Program-made: the position numbers and the translations under genes | The notes under the pieces: generated by a model | Database searches by the model: none | What the model was told of the DNA's origin: nothing | Seen by the model: the letters and a program-made list of their open reading frames with translations, nothing else | NCBI GenBank assembly: GCA_964016885.1 | Contig: CAXHJY010000255.1 | Coordinates: 10,539-74,538, forward strand | Origin: Eledone cirrhosa | Taxonomy: Eukaryota | DNA: 64,000 bases | Reading direction: 5' to 3' | In this document: one piece after another, positions 52,680-64,000 of the stretch | Layout: each line of letters starts with the position of its first letter | Numbering within the stretch: position 1 is the first letter of the stretch

Positions 52680-53378
52680 CCATGTTTTGCAACGTGAGGA
52701 CCAGAAACAGGAGGTGTTCAAGATTGTGAGGTAGTGTGTCAGAGAGAATTGTGATGTCAATGGAGAGAAGTGTATCCGGAATGATAAAGGAAGGTGAGCT
52801 TGCCCTCACAAGTGCCGAGAAGAAAGATGCACGGAAAAGCCATTATGATAGATTACTAAATGAGGAGAATGCATGGGAAGAAGAGACCCTATAGAGGGGC
52901 CGGCAGTACAAGTCAGCAGCAGCGTAGTAAGTAAGGCAATCAAAGATATGAAGACGGGGAAGGCAACCGGTCCATCGGGTATAGCTGCCGAGATGCTGAA
53001 GGCATCTGGGTCTGTAGGTCACACTATAACCACACGTATTGTTAACCAGGTAATACTAGAAGGTGTCATACCAAACGATTGGTGCAGTAGCATCATTGTC
53101 AACTGCTACAAAGGTAAAGGTGATGTACTAGTTAGAGGAAACTATTGAGGTATAAAGCTGATGGACCAGGTCATGAAAGTAACAGAAAGAATTACAGCAC
53201 AGTTGATTAGGGACCGGGTGAAACTAGATGAGATGCAATTTGGGTTTGTACCAGGAAAAGGCACCACTGATGCTCTCTTCCTCGTGAGACAGTTACAGGA
53301 AAAGTACCTAGCTAAAAGTAAGCCACTCTACCTGGCATTCGTCAATCTCGAGAAAGCCTTTGACAGAGTTCCCCGGTC
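52680..53378 (+). mobile_element. RTE LINE RT N-terminal fragment
   Basis: MKTGKATGPSGIAAEMLK..YKGKGD..MQFGFVPGKGTTDALF..NLEKAFDRVPR. Confidence 0.9.
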
Positions 53379-54204
53379 AAACGTTGAAAGTGAAATCTAT
53401 ACAGCAGATTCTAAGGATAGTGTATGAAAAGTCGAAAAATTGTTCTGGAGAAAATGGAGGAGGGAGGTTATAGAATAGGTAAGTCAAATGAGAGTAGGAG
53501 ACAATAAAAAATAATAGAAAGAAATATAAAAAAAAATATATATAAAATTAGATAGTGAGAAATGAATAATAAAACAAAAACAGTAGAATCTAGAAACAGC
53601 TGCTCTAATTAGTAGGTGTTGCTTGTACGGCCAAAGCTATAGAAAAGGTTAATAAGTTGAGAATGGAAAATACTAAATAAATAAATTGTAGAAGTGGGTA
53701 GTGAAAAAATATAAAGCAAATTTTCAGTGGTCTAACACAGCTGCTATAAATAGTTAGTAAAGCGTATTCCGCCAATGCTATCTTACAATTATAGGTTAAT
53801 AAGTTGAGAATAGGAAATACTAAATAAGAAATTTTGAAATTGTAGAATTGGAGTAGTAACAAAAATGATACAAAATTACAGGGGTCTAACACATCTGCTA
53901 TAAATGGTTAGTAAAGCGTATTCGGCCAATTCTATCTTAAAATTACAGGGGTGGGGGTACTGAGGCTACAGAGGCCTGATGGGCTGCATCGGGGTAGGCG
54001 AAAGGGGAAAAACAGACGAGGAAGAAGATCGGGGGTGGAAGGAAGTGATAGGATGAGACAGGGGGAAGAAGACAACAGAGAGGAAAAGAAAAGAGGTACA
54101 TCTACCTATGTAAGCTGGGGTTTCCCCTAACTTATTCGGCAAGTGGGGGGGGGGGGTATCAGCCCTTGTCTACCCACCCGGGTCGTTATGGGGTTTGAGG
54201 GCGA

Positions 54205-54771
54205 GCTAAGTCCTACGCAATCTGTGTTTGCATGCAGTTACCAGTTCGTCTTTCTTGTTTAGGAGTTGGTCCTTCATAAACAACATTTGTAATGTTTCCT
54301 CCGAGCATAAGTTACACGGACGGCGTGTAAGTTACACATTAAGTTACATGTTAGCTCTGGACAGTAAGCTCCAAGTGAGATTGTAGGTTATATTATCTTT
54401 GAGGTCCCAGATGTGGCCCGAAAGTGTAGTGGCATGTCGCCGGACCGGGTTTCGGAAAGTATGTCGGTGTTGGTAGAGCCGGGTCTTAAAGTCACAAGCG
54501 GTTAATCGTATATAAGCTTTGTTGGAGGTGTCCGTCCTCACGTTGCACTGGTAGATCACGTTACATTCTCGGTATCTGTTGTTGAGGGGGCATGTAGATC
54601 TATCAGGGCAGTTACACCTCCTGGTCGGTTCTCCACTGATGTCTAGGTTGTTTCTTCTATAGGGGTTGAGTTTTTTGTTGTTTGAGGAGACGATGTTTTG
54701 TGCGAAGTTTGGTGTGGTGCTGTAGGAGATTTTGATGGTATTTTTGTTGATTATGTTGCTGTAGCGGTGCT
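54205..54771 (-). mobile_element. Naiad-type Penelope-like GIY-YIG fragment
   Basis: KISYSTTPN..CNCPDRSTCPLNN..VIYQC..YI.LT..FKTRLYQHRHTF..TTLSGHIW..CNLCSEE..LLNKKDEL...CKH. Confidence 0.9.
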
Positions 54772-55832
54772 GTGTCTGGTTGGAGCTCTGCTCCAGCCAC
54801 AAGTTTCATCAGTAGCCTGCAGTAAATTGTCACGTAAGAAATTCCAGTTATTATCTATGTCATACGTCTCTAAATCGTCTTCTTTTTCATCATACATATC
54901 TTGAAGGGCTTTCCTAAATTTGTATTTTAGTGAAAGGTCTTTTAGCATCCATACCTTTCTTCTCCACACCTTCCTGTATGTCTCATTCCATGTCTTGCTT
55001 ACTGAGATATCACTAACGACTAACCTATGCTGTGGGATACATTCTTCCTCAGGGTATGCCTTGGTATTTGACACCATCTGCCTGTCCCGCTGCCTAACTA
55101 GCAAGAAGTCAATCTGGCTTATGTGCTTGCCTGATTTGTAGGTTATTAGGTGGTTGGCAGGTTTCTGGAAGTTAGTGTTGCAAATAGTCAGTGTACTTGC
55201 ATCACAAAATTCAAGAAGTCTCACTCCTTCATTTCTTGAGCCGTAACCGTGCCCACCATGTACTCCAGTGTAACCATCCTGGAGCTGTCCAACATGACCA
55301 TTAAAGTCCCCTGCGAGCATAACGATGTCTCCGTCCTCTGTCTTTGCGGTTGTTTGTAAAAGTTGCTCGTAAAAGCAGTCTTTCTCTTCTTTGCCTAGGC
55401 CTGTTTGGGGAGCATAGACAGAGATGATTGTCAGTAGTCTCCTACCTACAACTAATCTAAGCTTAATTATTCGATTACTAACTCGAACTACCTCTATTGT
55501 CTTATTGATCCATCTCTCAGCCAGGAAAATGCCTACTCCCCCTAACCCATCATCCTTACCTATCCAGTAAAGCTTATAGCTAAGATGTTTGCGTGCGACT
55601 AGTCTCGCAGAGGCACCTCTCCATCTCACCTCTTGCACGCAGCACACATCCACATGCCTTCTCTCCAGCATCTCCGCTATTTCAGCAGATCTACCTCTGA
55701 GAGTGCCAACATTAAGTGTTGCAACTCTGAGATGCGACGTCCTTATATTTTTGTTATTCCTATATACTTGTTGCTGTGCTTATAATCGTTTTGGCATTGA
55801 TACACTGGTTGGATGCCCTTCCTAACACCAGC
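54772..55832 (-). mobile_element. RTE LINE 5' end (UTR motif + APE endonuclease)
   Basis: LRVATLNVGTL..VCCVQEVRW..GVGIF..SVYAPQ..AGDFNGHVG..SQIDFLL..QHRLVV; upstream ggtgttaggaagggcatcca. Confidence 0.93.
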
Positions 55833-56993
55833 GCACACATACTATATACACTATACACACTCATTCAACAAAGGAGTTAGGAGTTTGTCAACAGGTCAGA
55901 CATCTTAATGTAGATAGGGTAATGACTTATGTGGTGGTGGTGGGGAGCGAGTGTAGACGTTATTGTGGTGGCGGGGGGGCAGTGAGATGTATCAAGTTCA
56001 TAGTTCACTTGTCCCTTTTCCTCTCTTTTCAAAATTTGAATTTATGGCCATTTTGCAATGGGGGACAAGAAAGCGTAAAATGTTAAATTTAAATAGAGAT
56101 TGCTTTGGAAAAATATATGGAATATATCTGTAGCTTCCACAGCTTTTGTCAGAACATTTCCCCAGAGTCCAATGAGCAAAAATTTTGTTGTATTTTGATC
56201 TTTCAGAATTCGAAAATTAATAAAAACTTACCCCCACAAAAAACAGCTCCCTTATATCTAATATATATTTGTGAAATGGGTGGTGGTTGAAATTCAGATG
56301 TGCACGGTTAAATGGTAGTAGACGTGGTCGGACTGACATGAAAATTTACACCTATGTAAAAAGTGCCAAGGAAGCAAATAGACGAGGTTTCAAATCTCTA
56401 ACTTTAAAAATGTGGTCCCTGGGGCCCCAAAACTATCGCGTTCAGTGAGTTATTTCCCCCTGTTCTAATACTTTTGTCTTATTTACAATTTCATACAAAT
56501 AAAGCAGTAAATAAAGGATTATGAGTTCATGCAATTGACTTATGTTTCGTCAGTATATATATATAATAGGAAAACGCTTTAATAAAAAAAATATCAACTG
56601 TAATGTATGTATGTATTTGTGTGTTTATATGAGTAGGGATATGCAAGTAAATCTTACTTTGTGGACAGCTGCCCCTTAGCATAATATTAATGCTAGTACA
56701 GCATATATTTGAAAGTTTTCAGGGAGTTGAATTACTGATTTTGGATTGGCAGCTTTAGCTTTGAAAAAATGAAATGTGCAGTGTAAACATTTTTTATTAT
56801 TCCTCCAGGGATGAATCTTCTCTGCATTTTTCCATCTCTTTCTTTCTCTCTGGAAGAAATCAGCCGTAGTAAGACCTAAAAAAATGGTTAGATACACCAT
56901 GACGCACCGTGCATCACGGTGGAGTTGAAAAGCAGACTCAGAACATGGCGTTGTGTGGGGGTGGTTCGCAGCCCAATGTTCCAGAGGGAGCAA

Positions 56994-57155
56994 CAAAAAG
57001 AAGAAAAAGAAAAAAAAGAAAAAAAGAAGAAAAAGAAAAAAAAGAAAAAGAAGAAAAAGAAAAAAAAGAAAAAGAAGAAAAAGAAAAAGAAAAAGAAGAA
57101 GAAGAAGAAGAAGAAGAAGAAGAAGAAGAAGAAGAAGAAGAAGAAGAAGAAGAAG

Positions 57156-57185
<30 letters not shown>
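56994..57185. repeat. (GAA)n / A-rich purine tract
   Basis: Direct inspection. Confidence 0.97.
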
Positions 57186-57186
<1 letters not shown>

Positions 57187-57708
57187 GAGCTGGAGTCCTA
57201 TCAAATATGTAGGTTGTGTCTTAAATTGAAGGTTTAGTAGAAACAATTCATGTATAGTTTTGTACTTTTCTTTTTGTCATTCATATATAAACAAATCTAC
57301 TATATAAATTGGAAGTGGTCGGACATTGTATATGTAGGTTTAGTCGGATAAACGTCGAAACGGCTTGGTGGAATGCAGCAAAAATTTACACAGTTATGCA
57401 GAATGACCCGAAGAGGCGTTAGGTCGACTTTCAAGCTACAATCTTCCATGGTTACGGAGAAAATTGATGAAACAGGAATTTCCCATTCAAATTGAACTGA
57501 CAGTAATCTGTGAACGCAGAAGTCAATATTTCGAGAAACGTTGCAACCGAACGAAAATAGGAAGACGATATTTTGGTTCATGAAGACGTTCCCTGGCAAT
57601 GAATGGGGAAAAAGCGAGGATAATACGTCGTTATGTGGAGCGTGAAGAACAATTTCATGCAAAGACAAGACCAAGTTTATGGTATAAATGGAGTCGTTAG
57701 ACTAATAT

Positions 57709-58368
57709 TCTATTTAAAATAACAGAATGATTTCCAGCCCCGGAGTTTAAGAATGATGTAAATAAAATTGAAAACGAAAATGACAGAGGTTATTAAAATA
57801 GTAAAAGTAAATAGTGAAGATTTAGGCCAGTACATACGTATGCCCCGACGGACATACACATACATACGCACATACAAATACATACACACACCCCCACACA
57901 CACACACCCGAACGCACGCGCGTATGTATAAACCTTATGCATTTCTACAGTATTTTCACCAAACTTAAGACATAGGTTACTTATGTACTCCGGATGGTCA
58001 TGGGCATTTTCATTTTTCCAGATATTGATTATAGGGCCCCCTGCCAGATAACCATTTTAACCCCTTTAACCACTTCCTTGGAGTCGACTGAAGCACTGCA
58101 GTGCAATGCAACAAAACGTCATCACTTCTGGAGTTCGCAACCGATTTTCACAAAACTTGACACATGGGCTACGTTTGTCCTACAGATGAATGTGAACTCT
58201 CAGAATTGGCACATAATGGGTAGGGGACCCCTGGGAGCAGGAACCCCCTTTTGGAAAAAGCCGATGATTTTGTAAAAGTATAGTTTTCGAAGCAGCACTG
58301 AAGTATTGACATAAATGGTATACACAATTGCTATTTAATATCCGAGCAACGCCGGGTACCTCTGCTAG
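57709..58368 (+). mobile_element. Non-autonomous Helitron-like element
   Basis: 3' end ccgagcaacgccgggtacctctgCTAG|T (GC-rich subterminal element plus CTAG); tentative 5' TC with an internal microsatellite. Confidence 0.65.
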
Positions 58369-58379
58369 TATATCTATAT

Positions 58380-59705
58380 AGCTGAATCAATGGCTGAACT
58401 AGAGAAGAAATTCCAAACATGTAAACAGGGCCTAGAACCAAAAGGCCTTAAAGTTAACTAACTTGTCTAAGACTAAAGTTCTAGTTTGTAGACAGGAAAA
58501 TAGGGCACAGGTGCCCTCAGGGAAATGGCCATGCTCAGTGTGTAGGAAAGGAGTAGGCAGAGATTCAATTTTATGTCCCAAATGCAAAATATGGGTACAT
58601 AAAAGATGTAGTGTGATCACAGGTAAATTATCTAAGAACGTAGAATTTATATGTGGCCAATGCTCAGGTGCAATAAGTAGCAAGTGTCCACAGGATACTA
58701 GTAGCTCCTATTTCCCAGATGGTTCTATAGAAATAGTGGACACTTTCCGTTACCTGGGTGACAAAATCATCAGTGGTGGAGGGTGCTCTGAAAGTACAGT
58801 AGCCAGAGTCAGAACGGGATGGAAAAGGTTCAGAGAACTTATACCGCTGTTGGCCACAAATGGTTTCTCTATAAAAATTAAAGGCAGGTTGTATGATGCC
58901 TGTATACGAACAGCGTGGCAGTGAGACATGGGCATTACGTGCAGAGGACCTGTGCAGACTGGAAAAGAACCAAGTATGCATGCTCCGTTGGATGTGTAAT
59001 AGTAATATACGTGAACGGCAAAGCATAAATGTACTAAGTGAGAAATTAGGAATAAGAGGGATCAGATGTTGTTTACTTGAGAGAAGACTACGTTGGTATG
59101 GTCACGTGATGCACATGAAAGACAACAGCTGCATAAAAAAAGTGCAGGGTGATCAAAATAGATGGTAATTACAGAGTAGGTAGACCCAGAAAAACCTGGG
59201 ACGAACTGAAAAATTCCGACCTTACACACTTGCACCTTTCTAAGACAATGTCACTGGACCGAGATCTTTGGTGCTACGCAGTAATACAGAAGACCCTCCT
59301 TGCCTATGTACAGAGTGAAACCTACAGTCAGTAGGCACCTCCTAACCAAATATACACCCCAATCCAGTACCCCTACCCTATCCTCCCACTCCCACCAACA
59401 GCACCCTCTCTGTAAAGTTGGTACCACAACATCCAGTCCAAATAAATGAGATAATGAGATCGAGATCATGTAGGTGTCACGACAAAAAAAAAAAAACTCA
59501 CATGTGGCCGCGTAGGTAACACGGTAAAAAAGTTCCTAGTTCCGCACTGTAAATGTAGTTGGTGTTAGGAAGGGCATCCAGCCGTAGAAAACCTGCCAGA
59601 TAGTCCTATATGAGCGAGACATGGTCACCCGACCAACCTTGCCTCAAGTGGGACAACTCCCGTCTAACCCATGCTAGCGTGGAAGATGGACGTTAAACGA
59701 TGATG

Positions 59706-59708
<3 letters not shown>
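58380..59708 (+). mobile_element. RTE LINE 3' portion with extended UTR
   Basis: KTKVL..WPCSVCRKGVG..CPKCKIWVHKRCS..CGQC..FRYLGD..RRLRWYGHV; tail. Confidence 0.92.
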
Positions 59709-59742
<34 letters not shown>

Positions 59743-59801
59743 GTGTATATATGTATATATATATATAGTGTATATATTTATATATAGTGTATATATATAT
59801 A

Positions 59802-59845
<44 letters not shown>

Positions 59846-60011
59846 TATAATGTATATATATATATTATATATATAATGTATATATATATATTATATATAT
59901 AATGTATATATATATATATAATGTATATATATATATATATAATGTATATATATATATATAATGTATATATATGTATATATTTAATGTATATATATGTATA
60001 TATAATGTATA

Positions 60012-60044
<33 letters not shown>

Positions 60045-60134
60045 CCAGTGGGTGTAACTAGGAGTTACTGCAGGTTCACCCGGGAGAGCACTCGATGTTT
60101 AGATTCACTTCTGTGATGATGTGTAGAGCTATAC

Positions 60135-60209
<75 letters not shown>

Positions 60210-60214
60210 TATAT

Positions 60215-60853
60215 AGAGAAAGGGTCAAACTAGAAGAGATGCAGTTTGGTTTTGTGCCTGGGAAAAGTACAATAGATGCCCTCTTCTTGGTGAGACAATT
60301 AGGTTCTTAGAGGAGAATAAGCCACTATACTTAGCCCTTGTTGACCTAGAGAAGGACTTTGATAGGGTACCCCGATCTGTCATCTGGTGGTCCCTCAGGA
60401 AACTAGGTGTTGAGGAATGGCTTGTAAGGACAGTTCAAGCTATGGACAGAGGTGCTGTCAGTAAAGTCAGAGTAGGAATGGAGTTTAGTGAGGAATTCCA
60501 GATACAAGTAGGAGTACATCAGGGTTCGGTCCTCAGCCCGCTCTTGTTCATTATAGTCCTCCAAGCCATAACAGAGGAGTTTAAGACTGGCTGTCCATGG
60601 GAACTTCTCTATGCTGATGATCTGGTTCTTATAACAGAATCAGTAGAGGAGTTAGAGAATAAATTCCGGCTATGGAAACAGCAGTTGGAATCAAGAGGAC
60701 TGTGAGTGAACCTAGCTAAGACAAAAGTGTTTATAAGTAGAAAAGAGGACAAAACCCTGATTCCGTCAGGGAAATAGCCATGTTCGATATGCAGATCCTG
60801 GGTACACAAGAGATGTAGTGGGATAGCAGGCAAACTAACAGTTAGGGAGAAAT
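60215..60853 (+). mobile_element. RTE LINE RT core fragment
   Basis: MQFGFVPGKST..FDRVPR..GVHQGSVLSPLLF..LLYADDLVL. Confidence 0.92.
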
Positions 60854-60887
60854 ATATATATATATATATAATGTATATATATATATA

Positions 60888-60944
<57 letters not shown>

Positions 60945-61051
60945 GTATATATATATATATATATAATGTATATATATATAATGTATATATATATATATAT
61001 ATAATGTATATATATATATATATATATATAATGTATATATATATATATATA

Positions 61052-61082
<31 letters not shown>

Positions 61083-61103
61083 ATGTATATATATATATAT
61101 ATA

Positions 61104-61142
<39 letters not shown>

Positions 61143-61163
61143 GTATATATATATATATATATA

Positions 61164-61198
<35 letters not shown>

Positions 61199-61290
61199 GT
61201 ATATATATATATATATATATATATAATGTATTATAATGTATATATATATATATATATATTATAATGTATATATATATATATATATATATA

Positions 61291-61324
<34 letters not shown>

Positions 61325-61361
61325 TATATATATATATATATACATTATATATATATATATA

Positions 61362-61705
61362 TACATGGCTTAGTGGTTAGAGCATTGGCCTTGCAATCGA
61401 AAGGTTGTGAGTTCAATTCTCAGACCGGGTGATGTGTTGTTTCCTTGAGCAAGGCACTTTATTTCACATTGCTCCAGTTTACTCAGCTGTAGAAATGAGA
61501 TGATAGGGACTAGGGTCCCTATCATTCCACTGCAAAGTGGTCGTGCAGGTGCCACGGCAAAAAAGCACCCAGCACTCACTGTAAATGAGGTTGGTGTTAG
61601 GAAGGGCATCCAGCTATAGAAATCAAGCCAGAATCAGTTCCCGTCCCACCCTTGCAAGCAGGGAAAAGTGGACGTAAAATGAAATGATGATGATGAATGA
61701 TGATA
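61362..61705 (+). mobile_element. tRNA-derived SINE family A
   Basis: A/B boxes, core and RTE-type tail. Confidence 0.9.
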
Positions 61706-61709
61706 TATA

Positions 61710-61795
<86 letters not shown>

Positions 61796-61949
61796 GTATA
61801 TATATAATGTATATATATATATATATAATGTATATATATATATATAATGTATATATATATATAATGTATATATATATATAATGTATATATATATATATAT
61901 AATGTATATATATATATATATATATAATGTATATATATATATATATATA

Positions 61950-63160
61950 TGGCGGTCCCTTCTGGGAAATGGTCGTGCTCGGTGTGTAGGAAAGGCGTAG
62001 GTAGAAACTCCATTTTATGTCCTAAATGCAAAGTATGGGTGCATAAAAGATGTAGTGGGATCACAGGTAAGCTAACTAAGAACATAGATTTTACATGTGG
62101 CCGGTGTTCTGGTGCAATAAGTAGCAGCAAGTGCTCACAAACTACTAGCTCTTTCAATTGCGCAGAGGGTTCTATAGAAATAGTGGACAGCTTCCGTTAC
62201 CTGGGCGATAAAATCAGCAGTGGGGGAGGGTGCTCTGAGAGTACTGTAGCTAGAGTCAGAACTGGTTGGAAAAAGTTCAGAGAGCTTATACCACTATTAG
62301 CTGCTAAAGGGTTCTCACTAAAAATGAAAGGCAGGTTGTACGGCCTGCATACGAACAGCAATGCTGCATGGCAGTGAGACCTGGGCATTGTGTGCAGAGG
62401 ATATACGCAGACTAGAGAGGAACGAAGCTTGCATGCTCCGCTGGATGTGTAATAGTAATATACGTGAACGGCAAAGCATAAACGAACTAAGGAAAAAATT
62501 AGAGATAAGAGGGATCAGATGTTGTTTACTCGAGAGAAGGCTACGTTGGTATGGACACGTGATGCGCATGAAAGTCGATAGCTGTATAACAAAGTGCAGG
62601 GCAATAAAGATAGACGGTAGTCACGGAATAGGCAGACCTAGAAAAACCTGGGACGAGCTGATAAACTCCGACATCACACACTTACACCTCTCCAAGACAA
62701 TGTCACTGGACCGAGACCTTTGGCGGTACTCAGTAACAGAGAAGACCCGCCTTACCTAAATATATAGTAAAACCTACTCCAGCCAGTAGGCATCCCTAAC
62801 AAAATACACCCCGTCCCACCACCCCCACCCCCACCCCATCCACACCACCCCGTTCTATGTAAAGTTATGTTGGTGCCGCGCCATCGAGGCCGAAACAAAT
62901 GAGATCGTGTAGGTGTCACGACAAAAAAACACACAGTCCACGCTGTAATGTGGCCGTGTAGGCAACACGGTAAAAACCTCCCAGACCCACACTGTAAATG
63001 TGGTTGGTGTTAGGAAGGGCATCCAACTGTAGAAAACCTGCCAGACAGTCCTATGCGAGCAAGACAATCACTCTTGCCTCAAGTGGGACTACCCCCGTCC
63101 AAACCCATGCAAGCGTGGAACACGGACGTTAAACGTTGATGATGATGATGATGATGATGA
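61950..63160 (+). mobile_element. RTE LINE 3' portion with extended UTR
   Basis: Cys-rich insert, FRYLGD, HGSETW, EKTRLT*, UTR and (TGA)n tail. Confidence 0.92.
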
Positions 63161-63173
63161 TATATATATAATG

Positions 63174-63237
<64 letters not shown>

Positions 63238-63243
63238 CACTAT

Positions 63244-63825
63244 AAAGGGTTCTCCCTAAAAATGAAAGGCAGGTTGTACGATGCCTGCATACGAACAGCA
63301 ATGTTGCATGGCAGTGAGACCTGGGCATTGTGTGCAGAGGATATACGCAGACTAGAGAGGAACGAAGCTTGTATGCTCCGCTGGATGTGTAACAGTAATA
63401 TACGTGAACGGCAAAGCATAAACGAACTAAGGAAAAAATTAGAGATAAGAGGGATCAGATGTTGTTTACTCGAGAGAAGGCTACGTTGGTATGGACACGT
63501 GATGCGCATGAAAGTCGATAGCTGTATAACAAAGTGCAGGGCAATAAAGATAGACGGTAGTCACGGAATAGGCAGACCTAGAAAAACCTGGGACGAGCTG
63601 ATAAACTCCGACATCACACACTTACACCTCTCCAAGACAATGTCACTGGACCGAGACCTTTGGCGGTACTCAGTAACAGAGAAGACCCGCCTTACCTAAA
63701 TATATATAGTAAAACCTACTCCAGCCAGTAGGCATCTCTAACAAAATACACCCCGTCCCACCACCACCACCCCCACCCCATCCACACCACCCCGTTCTAT
63801 GTTGATGATGATGATGATGATGATA
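63244..63825 (+). mobile_element. Near-identical second copy of the preceding RTE 3' segment
   Basis: Matches 62306-62860 almost base for base. Confidence 0.92.
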
Positions 63826-64000
63826 TATATATATATAATTTATATATATATATATATATATATAATGTATATATATATATATATATATATAACATGGGAA
63901 GAAAGAGGAAAACTGCGTGGTTGCACATGGGTTACATATTATAAAATTAGTCCCTCATCAGTGATTTGCCAACCATCATTGGTATTTCATCGCATTAAAA

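Noticed and set aside
56530-56556. Hammerhead remnant on minus (gac-GAAAC-ataa-GTC)
   Set aside because: Only the 3' half is present before a TA run; too short to distinguish from chance
56909-57246. Poly-E/K/R/S ORFs
   Set aside because: Translations of a (GAA)n tract

Overview
This is AT-rich eukaryotic DNA, most likely from an octopod cephalopod (inferred from the SINE/RTE repertoire). It consists almost entirely of decayed transposable elements, minisatellites and (TA)n/(CA)n runs. I found only one credible host coding sequence: a 52-nt minus-strand exon (3963-4014, QSYTLILEAWQSNSDIN+G) of a Jagged/Serrate-type Notch ligand, which the ORF track misses in this frame. The rest of the window is therefore probably intron, more than 60 kb on the 5' side of that exon. 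Elements recognised: many RTE-clade LINE fragments with a Cys-rich PHD-like insert, R4/Dong, CRE-like, Tx1/L1 and CR1-like LINE remnants, three Naiad-type Penelope-like elements (RT + GIY-YIG), DD37D and DD41D Tc1/mariner transposons, non-autonomous Helitron-like elements, two tRNA-derived SINE families and a probable solo LTR. Three patterns stand out. First, there are at least seven minimal hammerhead-ribozyme motifs, including one family with compensatory stem-II changes. Second, several tandem arrays were amplified from retrotransposon coding motifs; these produce the spurious long ORFs. Third, fold-back and inverted duplications are frequent. All assignments are by eye from motif recognition; no database search or folding computation was run.
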